Program-made: the position numbers and the translations under genes
Part shown: piece by piece, positions 52,901-64,000 of the stretch
Position numbering within the stretch: the stretch's first letter is position 1
Layout of the letters: every line of letters starts with the position of its first letter
DNA from: Pocillopora damicornis
Lineage: Eukaryota
Assembly: GCF_003704095.1 (NCBI RefSeq)
Contig: NW_020846501.1
Coordinates: forward strand, 1-64,000
DNA length: 64,000 bases
Direction of reading: 5' to 3'
The notes under the pieces: model-generated
What the model was told of the DNA's origin: nothing
The model's database searches: none
Seen by the model: the letters and a program-made list of their open reading frames with translations, nothing else

Positions 52901-53983
52901 ATGGTAGACAGACAGCGAAACAGCCTTAGCACCACAGCTGCCAACAATAATAGTAGCTTGACAGTTGGTGCAATCGATAATGACAGGGTCATTTTTGAGG
53001 AAGAGGAAATGCCCGGGGGACTTCGAGAACCTTTCATCAAGTCAGGATACCGGCGAGCTTACAGCACGCCTTGGCAGTGCTTGAAAAGCCTTTTCTACAT
53101 CAATAATGAGAGTGTTAACGTGTGGAGCCACATCATAGCGGCACTATACTTCGCCGTACGCTATGGAACGGCTGCATCTACTCAGGTGGACTCAATTTTA
53201 GATCCTTTCAATTTGCCACTTTTGGCCTCAGCCATGGGAACTGTAATTTTGTACTCTTCCAGTGCAACTGCTCATCTTTTCAACTCCATTTCTGAAAGAG
53301 GATACAAAATCTGCTTCTTTTTCGACTACGCAGCGGTCAGTTTTTACACATTCACCTCGTGCCAAGCTATGTTCTTCTATGCTCGGCCAGTGAACTCTCA
53401 GTGGAGGATCTTTGAATCGCCAGCTTTTTACCTGAGCCTAGCAGCCCTGTTTTCGTTTCTTGTGACCTACGGTTGTTGCAAAACGGATGCTGCAGTCAAC
53501 AAGTTCAGCACTTTTTTGCGGATGTTATCAGTAATCGCCGCTTGGATTCACAGTACCTTACCAATTCTGGTTGGCGCGACTCTTTGCACCTGTCACGTAA
53601 CTGACAAGAGTTGTTGGTCCTCTTCCGCCTGTAGCAGTTTACCCGTTAGATATTACCTGCGTCACGCATTTTACACTTTTCTGGCGGGTTTCATGTACAG
53701 CACCAGGCTACCTGAACGCCTCATTCCTGGAAGATTTGATTTGGTCGGGAACAGTCATCATTTTCTACACGTCTGTGTTGCCATAGGAACAGAATATGCC
53801 TTCAAAATGGTTGAATTTGAAATCAACGCCCGGAAAGCCAGGGGAATGTTGGAAGAGACAACCGCGTACGTGTCCATTCTCAACACCTTGGTCGCGGCCA
53901 TATTAGTGATGTTTTTGAACGCTTGTATTGCATTCTGGTTTTCTATTACTCTTAAGCAAAAGGAAAGTTCTCATAAAAACTAA
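52901..53983 (+). CDS. PAQR family receptor (membrane progestin receptor-like), 360 aa
   Basis: REPFIKSGYR, NESVNVWSH, SATAH, DYAAV, PERLIPGRFDLVGNSHHFLH. A splice acceptor ends at 52862 just upstream of the ATG at 52901, so the ORF-track extension from 52601 is intronic. Confidence 0.92.
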   Translation: MVDRQRNSLSTTAANNNSSLTVGAIDNDRVIFEEEEMPGGLREPFIKSGYRRAYSTPWQCLKSLFYINNESVNVWSHIIAALYFAVRYGTAASTQVDSILDPFNLPLLASAMGTVILYSSSATAHLFNSISERGYKICFFFDYAAVSFYTFTSCQAMFFYARPVNSQWRIFESPAFYLSLAALFSFLVTYGCCKTDAAVNKFSTFLRMLSVIAAWIHSTLPILVGATLCTCHVTDKSCWSSSACSSLPVRYYLRHAFYTFLAGFMYSTRLPERLIPGRFDLVGNSHHFLHVCVAIGTEYAFKMVEFEINARKARGMLEETTAYVSILNTLVAAILVMFLNACIAFWFSITLKQKESSHKN

Positions 53984-54879
53984 CCTGAGAGCATGAATTG
54001 GTCTCTTTAGAACTAAGTGACTAAGAAAAAAATATTTTATTTAGGAAAACATGCTTGCAAAAGAACCAAATGAAATAAACCTGTCCAACAGAATCTAAAA
54101 GCTGCGAGGGGGTATTTGAGAATGTAATGTAAAACGCTTTCAGTTTGTGCGCTAAGCAATGCAAAAACCGCCGTTGGTGACCGTGTGGGATTGTATCTGT
54201 GATGTGAACTATCTTAAGTTCTTTACTGTCGGCTCTGAGGCTTTGTCATAACCGTTTTTAACTCCTTAGCCGCAAAGAGTGACCAGCATCTAATTTCCCT
54301 TTACAGTATTATCCTTGAATTACGCATTAAGGTTATGAGAATAAAGGAAATGAGCACCAACTAAAGAAGCTATTGATTTTTCAACAAATTTTCCATTTCA
54401 GTGCCATAGGAAATGTACAGAGAACAGTATGGATGATATGTACACTAAAGCAAAAGTGTAAGGGTTGAAAATTGGCCCTACATTGACACTGTCCCTTTAT
54501 CGTCTCGATCAGCCCTATGTAGCCACTTTTTTTGCCCCAAACACATAGCTTACCTGTTATTCCGGTTCAGGTAGATTTTGCCCCACTACAAGGTCGCCCC
54601 CGTAACGACGAGTTCGCCCCAAATCTTCAGATCGTTTCGTAAGAATACGACTTGGAAGCTCTGGGGGCGAACTTGTTACATTTGATAAGTTGAAGATGTC
54701 GAGGTGGGGGGCGAAGTTGTACGGGGCGTAATTACTATAGGGAGAAACCTTCATACACCTCTATTCCTCCCATAAGCCCAGTGGCTTCCTGGGTCTCCTC
54801 GCCTTCTAGCTATAACCGCTACAAATAAATTTTTGTATTGTATAAATAAGGCAAATAAAAGATGATAAAGGATGATTAC

Positions 54880-55110
54880 TGTGTACCGCGCTAGACTTCG
54901 ATTCGAGATGTATGGGGTCGAGCCCTGACTGGGTCATTGATTTGTGTTCTTGGGTAAGACAGTTTACTCCCACAATGCCTCTCTCACCCAGAAGAATTAA
55001 CGATGCCAACCAATGACCAGGGACACCTAATGACATTCTGGGGTGGCACGCTAAGAGAAAAGCCCACCTTCTCATCAAGGATTAGCGTTGTTCAACTCTT
55101 AGCCGCTCAT
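54880..55110 (+). mobile_element. tRNA-derived SINE-like fragment
   Basis: gcgctagacttcgattcgag...gggtcgagccctgac (B-box-like) followed by tgtgttcttgggtaagacagtttactcccacaatgcctctctc. Related inverted remnants at ~5690-5840, ~17700-17930, ~26000-26130, ~39600-39730. Confidence 0.5.
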
Positions 55111-57498
55111 ACATGGAATTGTGGGCCATATTCTTGAGAGTTTCTCTCTCCACCTCAGTCCTACATGTGCACAGATGTATGCATGCTTTAACCACTGTTA
55201 AGGGGTATCCACGTGACGTTACGAGGCTTTCGCCAACCATTGGGAACGTACTTTATTGATGGTAGCTCAAAGAGAAGTTTCATCTGTCTCTGAAAATAAT
55301 TTTGAACTGCCCGACTAGTACGAAGGCAGCTCCTTCCAGTCTTTGGATATGTAATCATAAGAAGAGAGATTCTCTCTTTCGTAAGTCTGATTATTCATAT
55401 CACTTACGCCGTAGCCTGTTGCGATTCTTCAATCCAGTTTAGCTAATGAAGCAGTTAAATCAATGTCGATGTACTAGAAAAAGTCAATTTAAGGAAGTGA
55501 CTAGACCATGAAAATAACTTCAAGCTCAAGTTTTTCCTCTAAATTTGTGTTAATATTAGAGCGCTCTTTTGTTTGTGCTTCAAGTTTCGAAGACCCTCAG
55601 GTTTTTCGCCTAAGCTTGCATATATTTGCTCACTTACTGAATAAAATGTATATTGCTTTGCATAACAAACACATCATTACGTTTGGATGTAAGGTTTTAT
55701 ATTGAACGAAATATATTCCGTTCACGAACTCTCTAAATTGAGCAGTTTTTGCAAAACTAGAATTCAGGCAAGGAAAGTTCTCTTTCAATCAGTTTTTCTC
55801 CGAACAATTGAAAGAAAAACTTGAGAATGCCGGGATCGGTAGGTCTCTAGCTCAGTCATTTCCTCAGAAAATCTGTCTTGCTTTGGATTTCTCTTGATAC
55901 TAAAAATGTCCACAAGAAAGAATTATCAAAATTTCATTAAACTTAACGCTCAAATATTAAACCATCAGTGTTTTTTTTTTCTTCTGTCACGGTCAGCAAA
56001 GAGCGTAGATGACAGGATCAAAAATTCACGATCACCTTAGGTTTCCGTGTGTGTTTCTTCCCAGGTATGTTATTTGTTCATGTTTGCCTGTTCTATATTT
56101 GTTGACATTTTCTGCTCAAAAATCTAATCAACTTGGCAACACTTAGTTTCATTCCCCCCTCCTAGACTTTTCAAGTTTATTTTTACAAAAATATGAAGTT
56201 TGAAAACGAAGGTTTGATCGAGGGTCTCAATGTGATTACCCGTTGGCCGTAAAAATGCTAAAATTTAGCTGATAGGCTTTAAAATTGAAAAATTGTAACC
56301 GCTAGTCGTAAAAAAGTTAAACGTAAAAATTTTTATTTCAATCGCAAGGGAAAAGAATTAAACGTTAGCCGTAAAATGGCCAAAATTTTAACCGTTAGCG
56401 TAAAACCCATCATCCCTTTGAAATCCTTGTAATCCTGCGAATCAACAATTATTAAATTTAGGCACCAGATGTTTTCGAGCTATGAAACGCTCTTTGTGAA
56501 AAGAAGCTAGCAACACAGCTACTTTACCTTAAAATTAATTTCCCTCACCATCTTAAGAAATATGCTCGATTTACACAAATGGTCATGCACCGAGTTATGG
56601 GGTTCATTTGAATTATATAGGAACTGGCCTATTCACAGAAGAACCAGTACCGTCGGTGACGGACATGTTAAGGCGAGGGAAGGTTTCGAAGAATCAGTTC
56701 CAAAAGTTTGGTCTTAAAATTTACTGTTTTTTTGATAATTTCTCACATATTTTTCCTTTGCCTAGCAATTTGATTTTCGAGTTATTTGATGAAAAGCAGT
56801 TCCCAGGTCTACTAATTGTTAATTATTTTCACCGGAGCCTAATTTCTTGATAATGGAATGGGTATATATGGCAGGACTTTAATTTCGCGAATTGGCCACA
56901 AATATGCATTAAAGGGAAATTAATTTCGCAAAATTGTCAAATTACTTATCTGCATTAACAAACAGTTAGTCTTAGAGTTGGCACAACTGCTTTTAATTTT
57001 CCATAACAATAGTTTCCAAAACCATATTAAAACAAAACGGAAAACCTTTTGACACGTTCCTTTGCAACAAAGCGGAGCTGTACAAGAGTACATAACACAG
57101 CCTATTTGCGATTTCAGCTTTAGGACATTGTCAATTTCTTCGAATAGATTCTCCGGAGGAAGAGATTACTCACGGTTTGCTACCCTAGAAACTCCTGCTT
57201 TGTCCAATCTTTTGGCAACGTAGCGCTTTCCCACATTGTAAGCCAAGTGTAATGATTTTGCGTGCTTAATTTTCGCTAAAACTCTTTCATGTGGGTCTTA
57301 AACTTCGCTATTTTTTGACAACCGTGAAATCGCGAAAATTAAGTCTTGTGAAAATAAATACGCGAAAACATGTCGTCCATTGTAAATAATAAAAAAGTCA
57401 TTAGTTCACAGCCATCATATTTTTTTTATTACTTTGTTTTTAGATCTGATCGACAAGTAATCATCTCTTTGAAAAAATTCAGTGCCTGACGCAAACAT

Positions 57499-58578
57499 AT
57501 GGAGGACAGCTTGCGCAATCGCACTAAAAAAATCAAGGAAATCAAGAAAATGATAAACCATCACGAAAAGAAGTTGTTCAACGATGAAGAGACGACTGAG
57601 TGGCATAGGGAACCGTTCATCAAGTCTGAATAACGAAAGCACAACAGTACGTTTTGGTAGTGTTTAAAAAGCCTCTTCTATTTACACAACCAAAGTTTTT
57701 AACGTTTGGAGTCATATCTTGTTGTCTTTGTATTTTCTTGTTCATTTTTCCCAGACCTTAAGCGAGGACACTCATCCGAACTTTGATCCTTTCAATTTAC
57801 CAATGCTCTCTGCTGGAATCGGAACAGTAACTGTGTACCTCACAAGCGGTTCAGTGCGTCTCTTCAACCCAATGTCTGAGAAGGCCTACAAAACCTGTTT
57901 CTTCTTCGACTATGCGGGTATCAGCCTAATGACCTTCACTTCATGCCAAGTATTGTTTTTTTACACCCGACCTATGAATACTGGTTGGATGATCTTCGAG
58001 TTTCCTTCTCTTTTCTTCTCAGTAGCAAGCTGTCTCAGCTTTCTCGGGACGTACCTCTGTTGTAAGACTAATGCTATCAATAACGTGTTCAGCACATCTC
58101 TGCGCGCAGCTGCATTTCTCGCGGGTATTTAAACACGACAGAGCCTTATTTGGCGAGTGTGGTGTTTTGCAGTTGTCACGAGGATGACACGTGCTTAGTG
58201 TTCTCTGCCTGCAGTAAATTATCCCGTGGTTTCTACGTTGGTTACGTGGTTAATATGATTCTATCCGACCTCCTGTATAGCGGCAGGTTTCCAGAGCGTA
58301 TTTTCCCTGGAATGTTTGATTTAATTGGCCAAGGTCACCAACTCATGCACGTTTTATCTGCCATTGGAACAGAATTTGCCTACAGGATGATTGAACTGCA
58401 CAGGAAGCAAGCACAAGAGAGTGCAGTAAAAATGGTGGCTACAGTGAGTCGTGTTTTATTGTTTAACACCCTGATGCTAACTATTTTTATGCTTGTGTTG
58501 AATGCGGGTATCGTCTTGTGTTTTGGATTAGCATCTGGTAGTGATAGTATGGATAGCATGGTTGAGCCTGCTGAGTGA
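57499..58578 (+). pseudogene. Third PAQR paralogue, pseudogene
   Basis: REPFIKSE*RK...W*CLKSLFYLHNQ, a frameshift before NVWSH, a stop/frameshift at ~58130-58150, SxxxH His lost (SGSVR). PERIFPGMFDLIGQGHQLMH is retained. Confidence 0.9.
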
Positions 58579-59350
58579 GGTACCACCAAGTGGCTGGAGT
58601 ATCATGTTAAAACATCCTGATGCTATCTATTTTAATTCCTGTATTAAACTTAGGTCTCGTTAAATGGTCTGGATTGGCTTCTGGTGCTGTTGCCATGAAC
58701 TCGGGTAAAACGTGCGGCTGAGCCAAGGGCATTGAAACTAAGGAAAACAAGGAGTGGTACATTATTATTTAGGATCTTGGTGGCGGCCATTCTGATGCTT
58801 GTTTTAAATGTGGGTTTTATCCTATGGTCTGGTTTGGCATCTGGTGGTTATGCCATGAACCACGCAAGCTTTCCGGGCGAGGCAAGTGTTTCCTGACAAC
58901 TGTAAGTTACGAAAACAATTTTTTGGTGCATCTTTGTTGAAATCCTGATGCAATTCACTCTGATGCTTGTTTTAAATGAGGATCTTCCCTTGTGGTTTGG
59001 ATTGGCTTCTGATGGTGGTACCATGGGCTCGGGTAGGACGCTCCAGTGAGTTACAAGTGCATCCCGCCGATTGCAACTCACGAGAACGAAGTGGTTTGTT
59101 TAGTCCTTTTTTAACTACATGAAAGTAATCGCTTTGATGCATATGGTGAAAATAGGTCTGCTCGTCTGGTCTGGATTGGCTTCTGCTGACAACTCCATGG
59201 AGTTGTCAGCAGAAGCCAATCTAGACTCAAGTAACTCAAGTACAACCCTTGAACCCTTTTTGTGTATCCTCGTTCAACATACTGCCTGTCTTGAGTGTCG
59301 GTCTTACTTTGTGGTTTGGATTGGCCTCTGGTGGTAATACCATGAACATG
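58465..59350 (+). repeat. Six tandem degenerate copies of the PAQR last TM helix (LMLVLNxGxxLWxGLASGGxxM)
   Basis: GLAS codons start at 58525, 58671, 58831, 58999, 59173 and 59318 (spacing 145-174 bp). Confidence 0.85.
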
Positions 59351-60429
59351 ACTGAGAGAAATAGACCTTTCTCCAAAGTAGGGAAAAACTGGAAGCACTT
59401 TTTTTTTTGCTTCGTCGTGTTTACCATCACTTGTTGTTTCAAGAGCGGCTTAGGCCAAATAAAAATATTCAATTCTTTTCAATAAATTTGATTTGACCCA
59501 AAAACGAGGTCCGTTTCAAAATAGCATTTAAACAAGTGCGTTAGATCAAATTCGAATGTACGATAAAAGGCACCTGATTTATCCACCAAAAGCTTTTCAG
59601 GATAATCTCAGCAGAAGATCACGGTCAAAGTAGCGATAAAGTTCAATGCGTTAACATCAGTTTAACTTTAGACCACCATACCGGCCTAAATAAGTCCAAA
59701 GTATGGAAATTACCTTTATTCGTGCCAACCTTCTAAATTTTTGCTTGTTCTTATACAATGATGGTTTATTCATTCTCTTCGAACTTTTCTCTAATCACAC
59801 CAAACAAATATTTTGTGGTTTCTAACTCTATTAATTTTGTAAGTACAAACAGTACTGTTTTATACGCGAGAAAAATCGCAGTGGAAACACGTGCACACGA
59901 AAGCGGAGCAAAAAGATATTGTTTGAAAAAAGCCATCCATTTGGCCTGCAGATCTTTGGGTTCAATTCCCACTTGATTGAAACTAAAGAAAATCCATTTA
60001 GGCAGGAAACATTATTTTGGTTGATGAAACTTGAACTTGGAAATAGAAAGCGGTTCTGTGTATACTTAGCCTTTAAAAGATGGCCTTAACGGTGGATTTT
60101 TTAAAGTCGTAATAGCGGAAAAAGAGTATGAATGCAATTAATTTAAGTTCATATCTCGCTTAGTGTGCTCTTTCAAAGTTGTCTCTTTATCAGAAATTGT
60201 CGTTCTACAACTCTTTTTGGTGTATTTCTCCTATTCAAACTTTTATTAATAGTCTAACCAAACCTACATTTTGTGGCTTCCAAAATATTAACACTAATTA
60301 CACAATTGAGAATTATGATAGTATGCGCGAGGAAGGGCCAAGAGGAAAAAAATGCTCACCGCAACGAAAACGATACCTGAAACAGTGAAAAAAATTCCTA
60401 TGGGAAGTAAAACTATATTTGAAGCGCGC

Positions 60430-60894
60430 TGAAGATCCCACACGCGAAAGAAATAATTCAGACCACCATCACCGCTGTCTTCAGGTTCCTACCAGCTATA
60501 AAGTTTGAGTATTGCATCGTAAATTTAATCGCCATGAGTCTCTCGAATGTAACCAGCATCAAATGAAGACAGGGGGCTGTTGTCAATACAGCCAAAGTAG
60601 AAGAAAAGAAATTTTCAAGCGTACCGGCACTGTAACTAAGACTAAGTAATAGGAACATTGCCCACAGGATGTACGATATATGGCCAAGGAGACCAGTTGA
60701 TGCGTCAGTCACCGCTTAACACAGGACGGCAAGATGTTTCTACTGGATCGGGGTCGAGTGGTCGTTTTCACGGACTTTATCACCAGCACGTTGGGGAGAA
60801 TTGTGAAGGGGCGAGCGATGCTGGTAATCATGATGGGGACAATGAAACTAATCTTTAGAGGGACATAAGCTGTGTCGCCTTCTGTACCGGCCAT
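60430..60894 (-). pseudogene. Rhodopsin-class GPCR pseudogene (N-terminus to TM4)
   Basis: PFTILPNVLVIKSVKT...NIL (TM1-2), frameshift, then TDASTGLLG...HLMLVTFERLMAIKF (TM2-3, E/DRY-equivalent ERL), stop after TM4. Confidence 0.8.
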
Positions 60895-62009
60895 CCTGAT
60901 AGCATTTGTAGATTAAGCTTGGAGTAGTTATGCATTTTGAGTTAAATATCCAATAAAGATCAAGTGAAACTTTAAGCACAATGCCTTGGGTCTCAGCTGT
61001 AGTCTGGAGGCTTTTACAGAAACGATCCACTCCAGTGTGCATGTGTTTCCACTTGTCTTTTTCTCGCCCATGATTTACATTATTCTTAATTGCGTAATTC
61101 ATGAGATTGTTTATTTTGTCGGAAATAAAAAATAGAAAAAAAAATCAATAGTTATGCGAGGGATAATCGCACTCTATTCATTGCAGTAAATTTGCTATAG
61201 ACTTGGAATTCACCATGGAAATAATGGAAATGTACTCTAAAAGTACGAAAATTGAAAGTGATTTTGATACATATTATTAATGTTAGGCTCAACGAAAGTA
61301 CTGACAGCCGGTTATTCATAGTTTCGTTGTATCCTATGATCTTAGATAACTGATTGAGTAATTTTTGTCGCAATTGAGTAAAATTGCTGAGAATCAGATT
61401 TCACGGAATCTAGTTTTACTTTTGTATGGCTATATACCTAATTTAATTTTTTCACCAAACCTTCAAAACGTTTCGATAAAACAATGGAGAGCCTTGATAT
61501 GTACATGTCGTAATTGTTTTCTTAGTAAGCTGGGCATTTTAATAACGTTCCTTGTTTTCACACCTGACTGTTGTATTATTTGCACAAGCATCAATATGAA
61601 AGATGTAACTGAACTTCTGAGGGAATTCTTTCCTCGTGCACTGCTCCATTTTATCTTTAAATCATACAGCTGGTATCCGTTATGCAGAAATACATACATA
61701 GATACATATATCCTTTATTTCAGGTAAAGTAGGACTATTACAGTACATGATCAGTATATGGCTATTTCAATATATGATCTGTTTTCGTACACTATCTTTT
61801 TCGGATTTGTTTACTTAGTTTCCCCGCTATATACCTCTGAATTATTGGATGCAAGGCATGGATCCTTTTTCTAAATAGAAGCTTTCTTGTTTCTTTTTAC
61901 CTCCAGCATTAAATCATTCCCGTTGAATCAGCAAGCGAGTTTAACATGGAACATGAAAGTATAAACACTTCATGATGGGAAAAACATTATAGAGGACTGA
62001 GGCAGAGAA

Positions 62010-62200
62010 AAATTTTGCAAGTGAAAAGGAATACCGCTCAAACAGTGAAAAGGGAAGGCCCTTTTCTCTTTGGTTAGTCCTTCCATTGCTTCTTGGGACA
62101 ATAGCCGTCCTTCTATTTTCCTTTGTTGGCGGCGTGTTTCATGATGCAAAATCTCATATGAGAAGGCAAGGAAATAATACATGAAATAACGACAAGGCCT
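62010..62200 (-). pseudogene. GPCR TM5/ICL3 fragment from another tandem copy
   Basis: FLAFSYEILHHETRRQQRKIEGRLLSQEAMEGLTKEKRA resembles the TM5-ICL3 of the same receptor family, but lies upstream of the TM1-4 piece. Confidence 0.55.
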
Positions 62201-64000
62201 GTCATAGAGCGTGATGCGTAATACATTTTCCCTCCCCGAAAAAGTTGTCTGTTTTTTTTTATAAATATTTCTCTCCGATAACATCACAAATAAAGGAGCT
62301 GGTTTTTTTAACTTTTTGATTGATATAGATTTTCTCAATACGTGCCCTGTGTGATAGCATTCCCTACCAGCCAATCAAATGACGGTATCTAATAACAATT
62401 AAAACATTCAAATTTTCTTTATTTAATTCAAAGTCACGTTGAAATTTGGAGTAATCGCGAGTACAGTGTAAATGAAACAATTTCGACTGATGGCCAATTG
62501 CCAAACATGTTAATAATTTTACATAGAGTAAATTATCGAATCACGTCTTCTGATCAAAAATGTAATTTCATATAAAAAATGACTAAGGAATTTCGTTTAT
62601 CGGTGGATGGAAAAAAGGCCAGAGTAAAATCTAGATATATTTNNNNNNNNNNNNNNNNNNNNNNNNNNNNNNNNNNNNNNNNNNNNNNNNNNNNNNNNNN
62701 NNNNNNNNNNNNNNNNNNNNNNNNNNNNNNNNNNNNNNNNNNACATCTCTGTCGCCTTCTTTTCTGGTGATGTTTGTAGTGTTTGTAAAACTAGCCAAGG
62801 AAAAGTTTACCATGTCGAATTGGAATCCCAAATGTGTTTTTACAATTTAGTAAGTTTTGCTACATTACATTTATTTTAGATTTGCATTGAAATGAAATTT
62901 GTTTTATCAATTCAGTTGACGTCTTTTTTGGCTTAGCGCATGGGCTTAGAGACAAGTATCTGCATCGGAGCTTTTTTATCGCCATTTCTGTGTAAATTAC
63001 TGTGAGTTAAAAGCTCATCAACAATTAGAAACTTTTATTCAAAATATCAATTTCCTTGACACTGGTGTTAGGCCTTTCCTGATTGTGCTCGGCAACATCT
63101 CAGCAACTTCTGACGTTTGGAGCAACGTTTTGCCGTTCCAGCGACCTAGAGCAATTTTTTGCCTTTTAGAGCAATTTTTGAGCAAAATATAAGTTTAGTT
63201 TAAGGCACATGTCAAGACAAAAAAGTCAAAGATTTCATAGAAAACTTCAATTTATGCGAATTTCGTGAACGTTTGTCAACCTTTTGAACACATAACCTGT
63301 AACTTGCAGGTCTACTGCGATCCTTATCTAAGATTACAACGGACAATCGGCGGAAATAACCTTCGAAAAGACGTCAAACGAACCATGTGTTTCGTTCCGT
63401 TAGACTTAAGAGTATTTTTTAAATCAGTGTAATATTCAGTGCGCTGTGGTACGTTTTTAAATTTCAATTGAAGTAATAAGCAAAACCCCTACCTTTTCTA
63501 TTCAATATTCCGGAATTTAAATCAACTTAACAGAGATGGAAGACCAAGAAAGAAAAAATACAGTCTGAGCACAGCCACTCTGAAAATCATTTCAATCCCC
63601 TTTTTTTTAAATGAGTGTTAATGATGCAAACGAAAATTACATCGAGAAAACGTTGTTTACCAGATTACGGGGGTTTTTAGAGTTTTTGAAATATCTAGAT
63701 AGCGTCATTCTAAATTATGGAAATTTAGTCGGCCAGCTGTGGCATACATACCCTTGAAATCTATTCTTAACTTATCTTTCCTCTGATTGCCGTTCTGTTT
63801 AGTTTTATTCCTTATGATAGTCTGGTGTTTTGGTTACAGAAAGCACGTTGAAAATCCATTTGATGTCCTGAATTAATGAAATTACCTAAATTTCAGTTAT
63901 ACAATTATCTGAATAGGAATCGAATTCCCAAAATCAGATCCCAAGTCTTTATTTTATTTTAATAGTTTTTATTCGTATTTGCATTTCATCGCAGACAATA

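Noticed and set aside
58576-59103. TGA codons between TM repeats as selenocysteine or programmed readthrough
   Set aside because: TAA and TAG stops and frameshifts also occur, the upstream PAQR is itself broken, and I see no SECIS-like element; neutral decay is simpler.

Overview
Eukaryotic, intron-rich genomic DNA with three 100-N scaffold gaps (3434-3533, 8902-9001, 62643-62742). The repeat families, ShKT domain and GPCR style suggest a cnidarian, probably a stony coral (inference). Left to right: (1) 3' part of an AIG1/Toc34-like GTPase; (2) a small tandem duplication containing a solo LTR; (3) an 8-exon MTHFR with an intact SAM-binding domain but substitutions at several FAD-contact positions; (4) a 27-exon secreted MEGF6-like EGF-repeat gene (minus) hosting an intron-containing tRNA-Leu(CAA); (5) a PAQR pseudogene fused to a POLR2D pseudogene; (6) an intact 7-exon secreted ShKT + flavin amine/L-amino-acid-oxidase gene hosting tRNA-Gly(TCC); (7) a relic second copy of the MEGF6 block; (8) two intact divergent PAQR/mPR-like genes; (9) a third, decayed PAQR whose last TM helix is amplified into six codon-conserved tandem units; (10) GPCR pseudogene fragments. 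Interspersed are MITEs, SINE fragments, solo LTRs and Penelope-type hammerhead remnants. Best leads: the TM7-repeat PAQR architecture, the FAD-site-degenerate MTHFR, the ShKT-oxidase fusion, and a tandem duplication with reciprocal gene loss. All exon models were derived by hand from GT/AG sites and phase; no database searches were run.
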